The notes beneath the pieces are model-generated. The model was not told the DNA's origin. It searched no databases and worked only from the letters and a program-made list of their open reading frames with translations. Both the position numbers and the translations under genes were made by a program. Shown here in pieces: positions 1-7,960 of a stretch of 64,000 bases of DNA (the stretch's first letter is position 1; each line of letters starts with the position of its first letter). Origin of the DNA: Chloroflexota bacterium (GTDB lineage: Bacteria > Chloroflexota > Limnocylindria > Limnocylindrales > CSP1-4); contig PMXQ01000149.1 in the NCBI GenBank assembly GCA_003171065.1, positions 57,490 through 121,489 on the forward strand, given 5' to 3'.

Positions 1-2
1 TC

Positions 3-1271
3 GTGGGAACGCGCATCGCCCTGACCGCGCCCCTTGCCGACGTCGGTCTCATCGTCGTCGACGAGGAGCACGACGCCGCGTACAAGAGCGACCGCACGCC
101 GCGGTTGCAGGCCCGCGATGCCGCCCTCGCGCTGGCCCGCCTGGCCGGTGCGGCGGTGGTGCTCGGCAGCGCGACCCCGTCGGTGGAGAGCGTCGGCCAC
201 GCCAGAGAGGGTCGCTATCGCCACGCGGTGCTGCCGGAGCGCCCCAGCGGCGCACCGCCCCGTGTCGAGGTCGTGGATCTTCGGGCCGAGCTCGCCGCCG
301 GCAATCGAGGTCTCCTTTCCGGCGCCTTGAGCGCTGCCCTGGCAACCCTGCCGCGGGGCGAGCGAGCCATCCTCGTCATCAATCGCCGCGGCACGGCCTC
401 GGTTGTCGTCTGTCGCGACTGCGGCCACGTCCAGCGCTGCCCCGAGTGTGAGCGAACGCTCGTCTTCCACCAGGCGGGCGTAACGCTGCGCTGCCATCAC
501 TGCGGGACCGCGACGCCGCTGGCCACGCGCTGTCCCGTCTGCCGCTCGCCGCGCATCCGCTACCTCGGCGGCGGAACCCAGAGGGTGGAGGAGGAGGTCA
601 AGGTCGCCTTCCCGCACCTTCGAGTCGGCCGCCTGGACCGCGACGTGGCCGAGCACAAGGGCGCCGTCGAGCGCGTCCTCGACGCCTTCGCCGAAGGTCG
701 CCTCGACGTCCTGGTCGGCACCAGCCTGGTGGCCAAAGGCCTGGACGTCGCCGAGGTGACGCTGGTCGGAGTCGTGTCGGCCGACATCGCTCTCAACCTG
801 CCCGACGAACGAGCCGCCGAGCGGACGTATCAGCTGCTGACCCAGGCCGTCGGTCGCGCCGGGCGCGGCGAGCGACCCGGACGGGCCATCATCCAGACGT
901 ACCTGCCCGACCACGCCGCGATCCAAGCCGTCGCCACTGCGAACGCCGCGAGCTTCTACGACGCCGAGCTCGAAGTGCGTCGCCGGTTCGGTTCGCCGCC
1001 TTTCGGGCGCCTGGTCAAGCTGACCGTCGGACTGCCCGACCAGCTGGCTGCGGAGCAGGAGGCTGCCGCAATGGCCGATCGCCTGCGGGCCGCAGGTTCG
1101 GCGCGCGGTCTCTCCGTCGCGGTTCTGGGACCGGCTCCCGCCTACATCGCCCGCCGCTCCGGCCGCTGGCGCTGGAACGTGGTGCTTCGCGGCGATCGGC
1201 CGCTCGAGCTGCTCAATCCTTTGCCGAGCGCCGCCTGGTCGATCGACGTGGACCCCGACTCGCTGCTGTAG
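3..1271 (+). CDS. priA: Primosomal protein N' (PriA helicase), C-terminal ~420 aa; the gene continues upstream of the window
   Basis: ORF track 3..1271. Helicase C-terminal motifs (VLVGTSLVAKGLD, QAVGRAGRG) and the Cys-rich zinc-binding insert CRDCGHVQRCPECER..CHHCG..CPVCRS typical of PriA. Conserved priA-def-fmt order. Confidence 0.9.
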   Translation: MGTRIALTAPLADVGLIVVDEEHDAAYKSDRTPRLQARDAALALARLAGAAVVLGSATPSVESVGHAREGRYRHAVLPERPSGAPPRVEVVDLRAELAAGNRGLLSGALSAALATLPRGERAILVINRRGTASVVVCRDCGHVQRCPECERTLVFHQAGVTLRCHHCGTATPLATRCPVCRSPRIRYLGGGTQRVEEEVKVAFPHLRVGRLDRDVAEHKGAVERVLDAFAEGRLDVLVGTSLVAKGLDVAEVTLVGVVSADIALNLPDERAAERTYQLLTQAVGRAGRGERPGRAIIQTYLPDHAAIQAVATANAASFYDAELEVRRRFGSPPFGRLVKLTVGLPDQLAAEQEAAAMADRLRAAGSARGLSVAVLGPAPAYIARRSGRWRWNVVLRGDRPLELLNPLPSAAWSIDVDPDSLL

Positions 1272-1655
1272 GCGGTCCGGCAGGCAGGGCGGGAGCGGGA
1301 CTGTTCGGCGGCAATGCACCGGAATCCGCGGCCGGCCGGGGGCCACGACCCTGTACCACTCGTGCTTTCGGACCAGGCTTTGCGCCAGCCGACCGTGGAT
1401 GCCTGTTCCTTTGCCGCCGCGCTGAGTGCTGACGATCAGCATGGCGAACCACGCCAGGAACAGCAGCGTGCAGATCCACGCCAGGGCCGGGATGGTGGAT
1501 GCGATTCCGGCAAAGGCCCATCCGTACAGCGCCAACCACCGGATCGCCCCTTGCATGTGGCTCGGTCAGCCAGTGAGCGGCGGTGCTCGACCGGCGCATC
1601 CGGGCGTCGTTTCGGCCACCCAGAATGGGGCGGATTCCTACGTGACGACGCTGGG

Positions 1656-1661
1656 TATACT
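1656..1661 (+). promoter_or_regulatory. -10 hexamer TATACT 8 nt upstream of the def ATG; leaderless-type promoter
   Basis: gggTATACTctgcggccATG with no room for a ribosome-binding site. Confidence 0.5.
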
Positions 1662-1669
1662 CTGCGGCC

Positions 1670-2191
1670 ATGAGTGTCCGACCCATCGTTCTTCTCGGTG
1701 ACTCCCGCCTGCGAATGAGGGGCGAGCCCGTCGAAAGCTTCGGCAAGTACCTCCATGAGCTGCTCGACGATCTGACCGACTCGATGCGCCATGCTCCCGG
1801 CGTCGGCCTTGCCGCGCCGCAGATCGGTGAGGCCAAGCGCGCCTGCGTGGTCGAGGTAGCCGGCCAGCTGCACGAGCTGGTCAATCCGCGCATCGTTCGG
1901 GCGGACGGCGATAGCCGCGACCTGGAGGGCTGCCTCTCGATCCCGGGTTACGTGGCGTACGTGACGCGGCGCGAGAAGATCTGGGTCGTGGCCCAGAACA
2001 GGCACGGAAAGAAGATCAAAGTCGCCGGAAGCGGTCTCCTCTCGCGCGGCATGCAGCACGAGATCGACCACCTGGACGGCAAGCTCTACATCGACTACCT
2101 CGAGTCGCTCGACGACCTGATTTCGACCGAGCACGGCGACGAAGAGGACGAGGAAGGTCGACCGGCAGCCGCACGCACCGCCGTCGGATGA
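1670..2191 (+). CDS. def: Peptide deformylase with an acidic C-terminal tail
   Basis: Motifs GVGLAAPQIG, EGCLS, HEIDHLDG. ATG at 1670. Followed by fmt with a 4-nt overlap. Confidence 0.9.
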   Translation: MSVRPIVLLGDSRLRMRGEPVESFGKYLHELLDDLTDSMRHAPGVGLAAPQIGEAKRACVVEVAGQLHELVNPRIVRADGDSRDLEGCLSIPGYVAYVTRREKIWVVAQNRHGKKIKVAGSGLLSRGMQHEIDHLDGKLYIDYLESLDDLISTEHGDEEDEEGRPAAARTAVG

Positions 2192-3153
2192 GCGACGGGG
2201 CGGCGGCCGAAACTTCGACCGTCGTTCGCGCTGCCTTCTTCGGCAGCGGTTCGTTCGCCGTCCCGATCCTCGATGCGCTAATCGCCCTGCCGGGCATTCG
2301 CCTCGCGGCCGTCGTTTCGGCGCCCGATCGACCGGTCGGCCGAAAGGCGATCCCGACGCCGACTCCCGTAGCCGCCCGAGCCCGAGAGCTCGGCCTGCCG
2401 CTGCTGCAGCCGATCCGGGTTCGAAAGCCCGAGGCCGTCGAAGCCCTGGCGGCGGTGGCGCCCGACCTGGTCGTCCTGGCCGACTACGGCCAGCTCATAC
2501 CGCGGGTGGTGCTCGATCTTCCGAAGCGCGGCTTTCTGAACCTGCATCCATCGGCGCTGCCGCGGTGGCGCGGGGCGGCGCCGATCCCGGCCACGATTCT
2601 GGCGGGGGACGTTGAGTCTGCGGTCGCGCTGATGGTCGTTACCGAGGAGATGGATGCCGGCCCGATTGTGGCGGTGGAGCCGCTGGAGGTGCGGGTCGAC
2701 GACACCGCCGTGACCCTGGAGGAGCGGGCGTCCGCAGCGGCAGCTCGACTGCTGGTCAGGGCGCTGCCGGAGTGGCTGGCGGGGCGGCTCGTAGCTCGAC
2801 CGCAGCCCGCTGAAGGCGTGACGCTGACGCGGCCACTGCGCCGCGAGGACGGGCTCCTTGATCCGAAGCGCTCGGCCGCGGAGCTCGAGCGGCAGGTCCG
2901 AGCGTATCAGCCCTGGCCTGGGAGCTACATCCAGAGCGTCAAGACCGGGGATGAGCGGCTCATCGTTTGGAAGACTCACGTGGCTGAGAGCGAGCCCGGC
3001 GATGTAGCCGGGTGGTTCGTGTCCGCGGCCGACGGCGGCCTGGCACTGGCGACTTCGGACGGTCGCCTGATCCTAGACGTGCTCCAGCGAGCCGGCGGGC
3101 GTGAGATGTCATCCGCCGATCTGCTTCGCGGCCGCCCGGGCTTGGTCCGCTGA
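2188..3153 (+). CDS. fmt: Methionyl-tRNA formyltransferase
   Basis: N-terminus FFGSGSFAVPILDAL and LNLHPSALPRWRGAAPI are canonical Fmt motifs. ATG overlaps the def stop (ATGA). Confidence 0.9.
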   Translation: MSDGAAAETSTVVRAAFFGSGSFAVPILDALIALPGIRLAAVVSAPDRPVGRKAIPTPTPVAARARELGLPLLQPIRVRKPEAVEALAAVAPDLVVLADYGQLIPRVVLDLPKRGFLNLHPSALPRWRGAAPIPATILAGDVESAVALMVVTEEMDAGPIVAVEPLEVRVDDTAVTLEERASAAAARLLVRALPEWLAGRLVARPQPAEGVTLTRPLRREDGLLDPKRSAAELERQVRAYQPWPGSYIQSVKTGDERLIVWKTHVAESEPGDVAGWFVSAADGGLALATSDGRLILDVLQRAGGREMSSADLLRGRPGLVR

Positions 3154-3209
3154 CCGTCCGGCGGCCCGGCGAGGCGGCGGGGGCCAGTCGGGGCGGCCTG
3201 CCCGCGTGC

Positions 3210-3215
3210 GATAAT
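3210..3215 (+). promoter_or_regulatory. -10 hexamer GATAAT 9 nt upstream of the rlmN GTG
   Basis: gcGATAATcgcggccctGTG. Confidence 0.45.
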
Positions 3216-3224
3216 CGCGGCCCT

Positions 3225-4496
3225 GTGACTGAGCCTTCTGCGGCGGCGCGCGCCCCGCGCCGTTCCAAACCCGCCATCGACCCGCGCCCCGGCCTGAGCG
3301 GCCTGCCTGAGGGCGCGCTGGAGGCGTGGCTCGCGGCTGAGGGGCAGCCCGCGTACCGAGCAAAGCAGATCCGCGACGGCGTCTGGCGCCAAGACATCGT
3401 CGCCGTCGATGAGCTCCGCAATCTCCCGGCTGCCCTCCGACAGAGCCTGGACCGAGACTTCCGCGTCGACACGATCGCCGCCGACGAGGTCACCGTCTCC
3501 GACAAGGGGCTGACCGAGAAGACGCTCCACTTGCTCTCCGATGGCGCGCTGATCGAGTCGGTGCTGATGCACTACCCGGCGCGCGGCCGCGGCGAGGACG
3601 GCCGGCCGGAGCACCGCGAGCGGCATACCCTGTGCATCTCCAGTCAGGCCGGCTGCGCCGTGGGGTGTCCGTTCTGCGCCACCGGTGAGCTTGGCTTCGG
3701 CCGCGATCTGGAGACAGCCGAGATCCTCGATCAGGTTCGTCACGCCGCCCGGCGTCTCGCGCCCCGCGGCGACCACCTGACGAACGTCGTTTTCATGGGA
3801 ATGGGCGAGCCGCTCCTCAATCTCGATCGCGTGCTGGAGGCGGTGGCCGCCCTTTCGGACCCGCAGCGGTTCGGCATGGGCGCTCGCCACGTCGTGGTCT
3901 CGACCTCCGGGGTCGTGCCGGGGATTCGGCTCCTGCCGGAGCTCAACCCGCAGTTCACGCTGGCGATCAGCCTGCACGCCGCCCGAGATCCCCTGCGCGA
4001 TGTCCTCGTCCCGCTGAACCGCCGCTGGCCCGTGGCCGAGGTCGTGGCAGCTGCTCGCGACCTTGCCCGCACAACGGGCCGGCGCGTCAGCTACGAGTAC
4101 GTGATGATTTCGGGCGTGAACGACACCGACGTCGACGCGGATGCACTGGCCGGCCTGTTGCGCGGCGACCTTGCCCACGTCAACCTGATCCCGATGAACC
4201 CCGTCGCCCACACGCCCTGGCAGGCCAGCAGCCCACAGCGGGTCGCGCAATTCGCCGCACGCCTGCAACAGGGCGGCGTCGGCGCCACGGTCCGGCGAAA
4301 CCGCGGCCAGGACGCCGGCGCGGCGTGCGGCCAGCTGGCGGCCGATCGGGCCGGCGAGCCGCCTGCTCCCACGGTGGCCCACCGGCGCGCGGTCATCGTC
4401 CGCCAGAGCGAGGCGGCACTCCGGGGCGACCGCAGCGCCGAGCGCCTCCCGGCGGATCTCGAGGCGGCAGTCGCAGGCTGGGCGGGGAACCGTTGA
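3225..4496 (+). CDS. rlmN: 23S rRNA/tRNA m2A methyltransferase RlmN (radical SAM) with an extended C-terminus
   Basis: Radical-SAM CxxxCxxC (CAVGCPFCATG), MGMGEPLLN and a C-terminal Cys. GTG start at 3225 sits 9 nt after a GATAAT hexamer. Confidence 0.85.
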   Translation: MTEPSAAARAPRRSKPAIDPRPGLSGLPEGALEAWLAAEGQPAYRAKQIRDGVWRQDIVAVDELRNLPAALRQSLDRDFRVDTIAADEVTVSDKGLTEKTLHLLSDGALIESVLMHYPARGRGEDGRPEHRERHTLCISSQAGCAVGCPFCATGELGFGRDLETAEILDQVRHAARRLAPRGDHLTNVVFMGMGEPLLNLDRVLEAVAALSDPQRFGMGARHVVVSTSGVVPGIRLLPELNPQFTLAISLHAARDPLRDVLVPLNRRWPVAEVVAAARDLARTTGRRVSYEYVMISGVNDTDVDADALAGLLRGDLAHVNLIPMNPVAHTPWQASSPQRVAQFAARLQQGGVGATVRRNRGQDAGAACGQLAADRAGEPPAPTVAHRRAVIVRQSEAALRGDRSAERLPADLEAAVAGWAGNR

Positions 4497-5245
4497 TGGC
4501 CCGCCGCCGCACGCTGGTCAGCACGAGCATCCTCGATTGCGACCTCTCTGACCTGGCCCGAGAGTCGCTGCGGGCGTTTGCGGCCGGCTCTGACCGTCTC
4601 CATCTCGACGTCATGGACGGGCACTTCGTCCCGAACATCACCTTCGGCCCGACGGTCATCAAGCGCCTGCGACGCATCGGCAAGCAGCCGTTCGACGCCC
4701 ACCTGATGATCTCCGAGCCGGGCCGCTACGTCGACCAGTTCATCGCTGCCGGCTGCGACTCGATCACGTTCCATGTGGAGGTCGAAGAGCCGATCGAGCC
4801 GACGCTGCTCAAGATTCGAAAGGCCGGCCGGCAGGCGGGCCTGGCACTGAAACCGGCGACGCCGCTGTCGGCCCTGGAGCCGTACCGCGAGCTGCTCGAC
4901 ATCGTCATGGTAATGACCGTCGACCCGGGCTTCGGCGGGCAGTCGTTCATGACGGACGCAGCCACCAAGATCCTGCCCGCGCACCAGATCTTCCGCGACC
5001 GTGCGGCGGAGCTGCCCGGCGGACAGGTCCACGTGGACGGTGGGGTCAATCGCCACTCGGCGGAGTTGTGCGGCGGGCTTGGGGCAGAGGTGCTGGTGGT
5101 CGGCTCCACGCTGTGGGAGAAAGGCGTCGACATCGGTCGGGAGATGCGGTTGATCAGGGCCCTCGCCGACGAGGGTTACGAGAACGGCGTGGGCCGGGGC
5201 GACGCGGATGCCGGGGCCCGAGCTGAGCGAGGAGAGACTGCGTGA
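4496..5245 (+). CDS. rpe: Ribulose-phosphate 3-epimerase
   Basis: LHLDVMDGHFVPNITFGP, MTVDPGFGGQ, HVDGG motifs. ATG overlaps the rlmN stop (TGATG). Confidence 0.85.
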   Translation: MARRRTLVSTSILDCDLSDLARESLRAFAAGSDRLHLDVMDGHFVPNITFGPTVIKRLRRIGKQPFDAHLMISEPGRYVDQFIAAGCDSITFHVEVEEPIEPTLLKIRKAGRQAGLALKPATPLSALEPYRELLDIVMVMTVDPGFGGQSFMTDAATKILPAHQIFRDRAAELPGGQVHVDGGVNRHSAELCGGLGAEVLVVGSTLWEKGVDIGREMRLIRALADEGYENGVGRGDADAGARAERGETA

Positions 5246-6516
5246 GCGAAGAAGCGGCTGCGGGCCGGGAGCTGGCGCCGATGGAGGCGTTGCCGGCGGG
5301 GGCCGTGGGCACGCATGGCGCCTCGGGCGAGGTCGGGTCGGAGGTACCGCATGCCCACCTGGGACGTCGCAACGACCGGCTGCTGCTGGCCGCGGTGGCA
5401 TCCTACGCAGTCCTTCTGTCGATCCTGATGATCGCCCGCGGCATTTCGGTCACGCCCGAGCTGATCGTCGTCGCCTTCGGCCTGGCCGCCCTGCTGCTCG
5501 GCCGTGGGAAGCTATTCGTGCGCGACTGGATCCCGTTCCTGGCGCTGTTCTTCGCCTACGAGCTGATGCGCGGCTACGCCGACAAGTTCGGCCTGCCGAT
5601 CCACGTCACCGACGTGATCTCGATCGAGCGGATCATCGGCCTCGGCGGCTTGCCCACGAGCTATCTTCAGCAGCTGCTCCACTACGGCCCGGCGTCGGCC
5701 CCGGACAACGTGGCGACGATCTCGGTCATCTTCTACTTCCTGCATTTCCCCCTGCCGCTGGCCGTCGGATTCCTGCTCTGGATCCACCAGCGCCGTTTCT
5801 ACTACGACTTCGTGGCCGCATTGATCCTGCTCTCCATGGCGGCATTCGTGACGTTCCTGCTGCTGCCCGTGGCGCCGCCGTGGTGGGCCGCGCAGAACGG
5901 CTACATCACTGGAGTTCTGCACCTGCGCGACACGGGCTTCGACGGATTGGTGAGTCTCTTCGGCTTCGGCAAGAACAACTACCTCTACTCGTATTCGCTC
6001 TATAGCATCAGCTCCAACGACGTGGCCGCATTCCCGTCGCTCCACGCTGCCTATCCGTTCCTGGCGTTCCTCTTCGCCCGGCGCGCCTTCGGCAGGGCAG
6101 GCTGGCTGATGGCGGCCTACACGGCCTGCGTCTGGTTCGCCATCGTCTACCTGGGCGAGCACTGGGTCGTCGACATCATCGGCGGGGTGGTCTACGCGTC
6201 GGTCGCATACCTGGTCATCGTGCACGGGCCGGCCTGGGGGCGGCGATTCCTGAAGCAGGTGGCCGACGAGGAGATCGAAGCGGGCGTGGAGGCGGAGGAC
6301 GCCGGCGACACAGGCGCGCTGCGGAGGATGGGGCGGCGGGTGCGTTGGGCGCTGGTCATCCAGGGGGCGGTGGTGGCCGTGCTGGGTCTGGCCGTCGCCT
6401 TCGGGATCAATACGCAGGGCTGGCTCGGCGGGTCGCAGAGCGGGCTCTATCTGGTGGCGTGGCTGGCGATGCTCGGCGGGTTGTGGCGGGCCGCCGTCGG
6501 CCTGGTCAGCCGCTGA
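5242..6516 (+). CDS. Polytopic membrane protein of the PAP2 superfamily (Aur1/PAP2_3-like phosphatase or phosphotransferase) with an extra C-terminal transmembrane region
   Basis: Multiple hydrophobic helices. PAP2 motifs FPSLHAAY and GEHWVVDIIGG. GTG overlaps the rpe stop (GTGA). Confidence 0.6.
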   Translation: MSEEAAAGRELAPMEALPAGAVGTHGASGEVGSEVPHAHLGRRNDRLLLAAVASYAVLLSILMIARGISVTPELIVVAFGLAALLLGRGKLFVRDWIPFLALFFAYELMRGYADKFGLPIHVTDVISIERIIGLGGLPTSYLQQLLHYGPASAPDNVATISVIFYFLHFPLPLAVGFLLWIHQRRFYYDFVAALILLSMAAFVTFLLLPVAPPWWAAQNGYITGVLHLRDTGFDGLVSLFGFGKNNYLYSYSLYSISSNDVAAFPSLHAAYPFLAFLFARRAFGRAGWLMAAYTACVWFAIVYLGEHWVVDIIGGVVYASVAYLVIVHGPAWGRRFLKQVADEEIEAGVEAEDAGDTGALRRMGRRVRWALVIQGAVVAVLGLAVAFGINTQGWLGGSQSGLYLVAWLAMLGGLWRAAVGLVSR

Positions 6517-6540
6517 GCCGGCCACGCGAGAGGGTCGCAG

Positions 6541-7011
6541 ATGCGTGCGCTGCTGCAGCGGGTATCCCGGGCGGAGGTCCGGATCGACGGTGATTCCGTC
6601 GCCTCCGTCGGGCCGGGGCTGCTGATACTGCTGGGCGTTGGTCCGGCCGACGACGAGTGGGTCGCGTCGGGCCTGGCGGCCAAGGTGGCGGGTCTGCGGA
6701 TCTTCGCCGATGCCGAGGGCCTGACGAACCTGTCCCTCTCCGAGGTCGGCGGCTCGGCGCTGGTGGTCAGCCAGTTCACGCTCTACGCGGACACGCGGCG
6801 CGGCCGCCGGCCGTCGTTCATCGCGGCGGCCGGGCCTATCATCGGCGAACGGATGTACGAGGTCTTCTGCGAGATCCTGGCCAGCACCGGCATCCCCGTG
6901 GCGCAGGGCCGCTTCGGCGCCGACATGGCGGTCGAGCTGGTCAATGACGGGCCATTCACGATCTGGCTCGACTCGGACGAGCTGGGCATTCAGCCGAAGC
7001 CGGGCCCCTAA
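6541..7011 (+). CDS. dtd: D-aminoacyl-tRNA (D-Tyr-tRNA) deacylase
   Basis: MRALLQRVSRAEVRIDG..LLILLGV..SQFTLYAD matches the Dtd family. About 150 aa. Confidence 0.9.
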   Translation: MRALLQRVSRAEVRIDGDSVASVGPGLLILLGVGPADDEWVASGLAAKVAGLRIFADAEGLTNLSLSEVGGSALVVSQFTLYADTRRGRRPSFIAAAGPIIGERMYEVFCEILASTGIPVAQGRFGADMAVELVNDGPFTIWLDSDELGIQPKPGP

Positions 7012-7149
7012 AGCCGGCCTCCGGCCGGCGGTCCGCGCCGAAGGCCGCCGCGCCTCGGCGCCAGGCCCCGGAAGCGCGATCGGCGCCGAGCCTGGGGCTC
7101 GACGCCGAGTGAGTGCGCGTATTGCCGGCCGCAGCGGGCCGGCATGGGC

Positions 7150-7347
7150 TTATCGAACGCCGCGCGACAGAGTGCGCTGGCAGCGAGTGCAGACGAGCGT
7201 CTTCACCGGCTTGCCGTTCTGCTCGATCGTGGTCTGCTGGAGATTCGGGCGAAAGCGCCGGTGGGCCCGGACCCGGTTCATGCCGGACGACTGCGGGTTG
7301 AAGCCGTCCATGGAGACCTTCCCGCAGACGGCGCAGGAGCGAGCCAT
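7150..7347 (-). CDS. rpmB: 50S ribosomal protein L28
   Basis: MARSCAVCGKVSMDGFNPQSSGMNRVRAHRRFRPNLQQ..TLVCTRCQRTL matches L28. The upstream part of the track ORF (7348..7452) is rejected. Start inferred from homology, with GAGAGGA as ribosome-binding site. Confidence 0.85.
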   Translation of the reverse strand: MARSCAVCGKVSMDGFNPQSSGMNRVRAHRRFRPNLQQTTIEQNGKPVKTLVCTRCQRTLSRGVR

Positions 7348-7405
7348 TAGGTCCTCTCGGGTTCGTGGGTCAAGGTGCGACCCCGACTGGGGCCGACCGG
7401 GGCGG

Positions 7406-7411
7406 TATGAT
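7406..7411 (+). promoter_or_regulatory. -10 hexamer TATGAT upstream of the asp23-yloV-recG operon (leadered, ribosome-binding site present)
   Basis: ggcggTATGATagcac, 41 nt before the ATG, with GGGAG ribosome-binding site. Confidence 0.4.
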
Positions 7412-7452
7412 AGCACACCGTTTCCCCCCACCAGGTCGGGAGTCGCACCCAT

Positions 7453-7944
7453 ATGCCCGAGCGTTCGGTGGCCGGCAGATCGATCGTAACGCGGCGTGCC
7501 ATAGTCGATATCGTCCGAACGGCCGTTCAGAGCAGCTATGGCGTGACCGGCTTCAGCGACCCGTCGTTCAGCCGCCGGCTCTCACGCTGGATCGGCCTCG
7601 ATCGACCCGGTATCGAGCTTGGGGCCGGAGACGTTCTGTGCCTCGACCTGTACATCAAGGTGGCTTATGGGATGCCGGTCGCGGAGGTCGCGCGCCAGGT
7701 CGATTCGGCCGTGCGCTACTCGCTCCGCCGTCTGGTCGGGGTGGAAGTCGCCAGGATGACGATCCACGTCGACGGCCTGGGGTACCAGCCCACCGCCGTG
7801 GAGCGGGCCGAGGCGATCGGACGCGAGTCCAGCGAACTGGACGAACCGGTCCGTGTTGCCGCCGAGGAACTGCCCGGCATGGATCAGGCCCACAAGGCTC
7901 CGGCCGAGGGGGAGACGGCTCCGAGACGACGCAGGACCAGATGA
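7453..7944 (+). CDS. Asp23/Gls24 family alkaline-shock protein (YloU-like)
   Basis: IVDIVRTAVQSSYGVTGFSD and glycine-rich Asp23 motifs. Followed by a DAK2 protein, as in B. subtilis yloU-yloV. Confidence 0.8.
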   Translation: MPERSVAGRSIVTRRAIVDIVRTAVQSSYGVTGFSDPSFSRRLSRWIGLDRPGIELGAGDVLCLDLYIKVAYGMPVAEVARQVDSAVRYSLRRLVGVEVARMTIHVDGLGYQPTAVERAEAIGRESSELDEPVRVAAEELPGMDQAHKAPAEGETAPRRRRTR

Positions 7945-7960
7945 CCTATCGAGTTTCCCG

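Noticed and set aside
1400-1557. Minus-strand ORF starting MQGAIRWLALYGWAFAGIASTIPALAWICTLLFLAWFAM, which looks like a two-transmembrane-helix protein.
   Set aside because: The frame has no stop codon before entering priA antisense and would be over 500 aa of antisense sequence, so it is not a compact gene. Kept only as a possible remnant (see the finding for 1272..1669).
7348-7452. Upstream 35 codons of the track ORF containing rpmB.
   Set aside because: L28 homology begins at MARSCAVCGK with its own ribosome-binding site. The upstream codons are the intergenic promoter region shared with the divergent asp23 operon.
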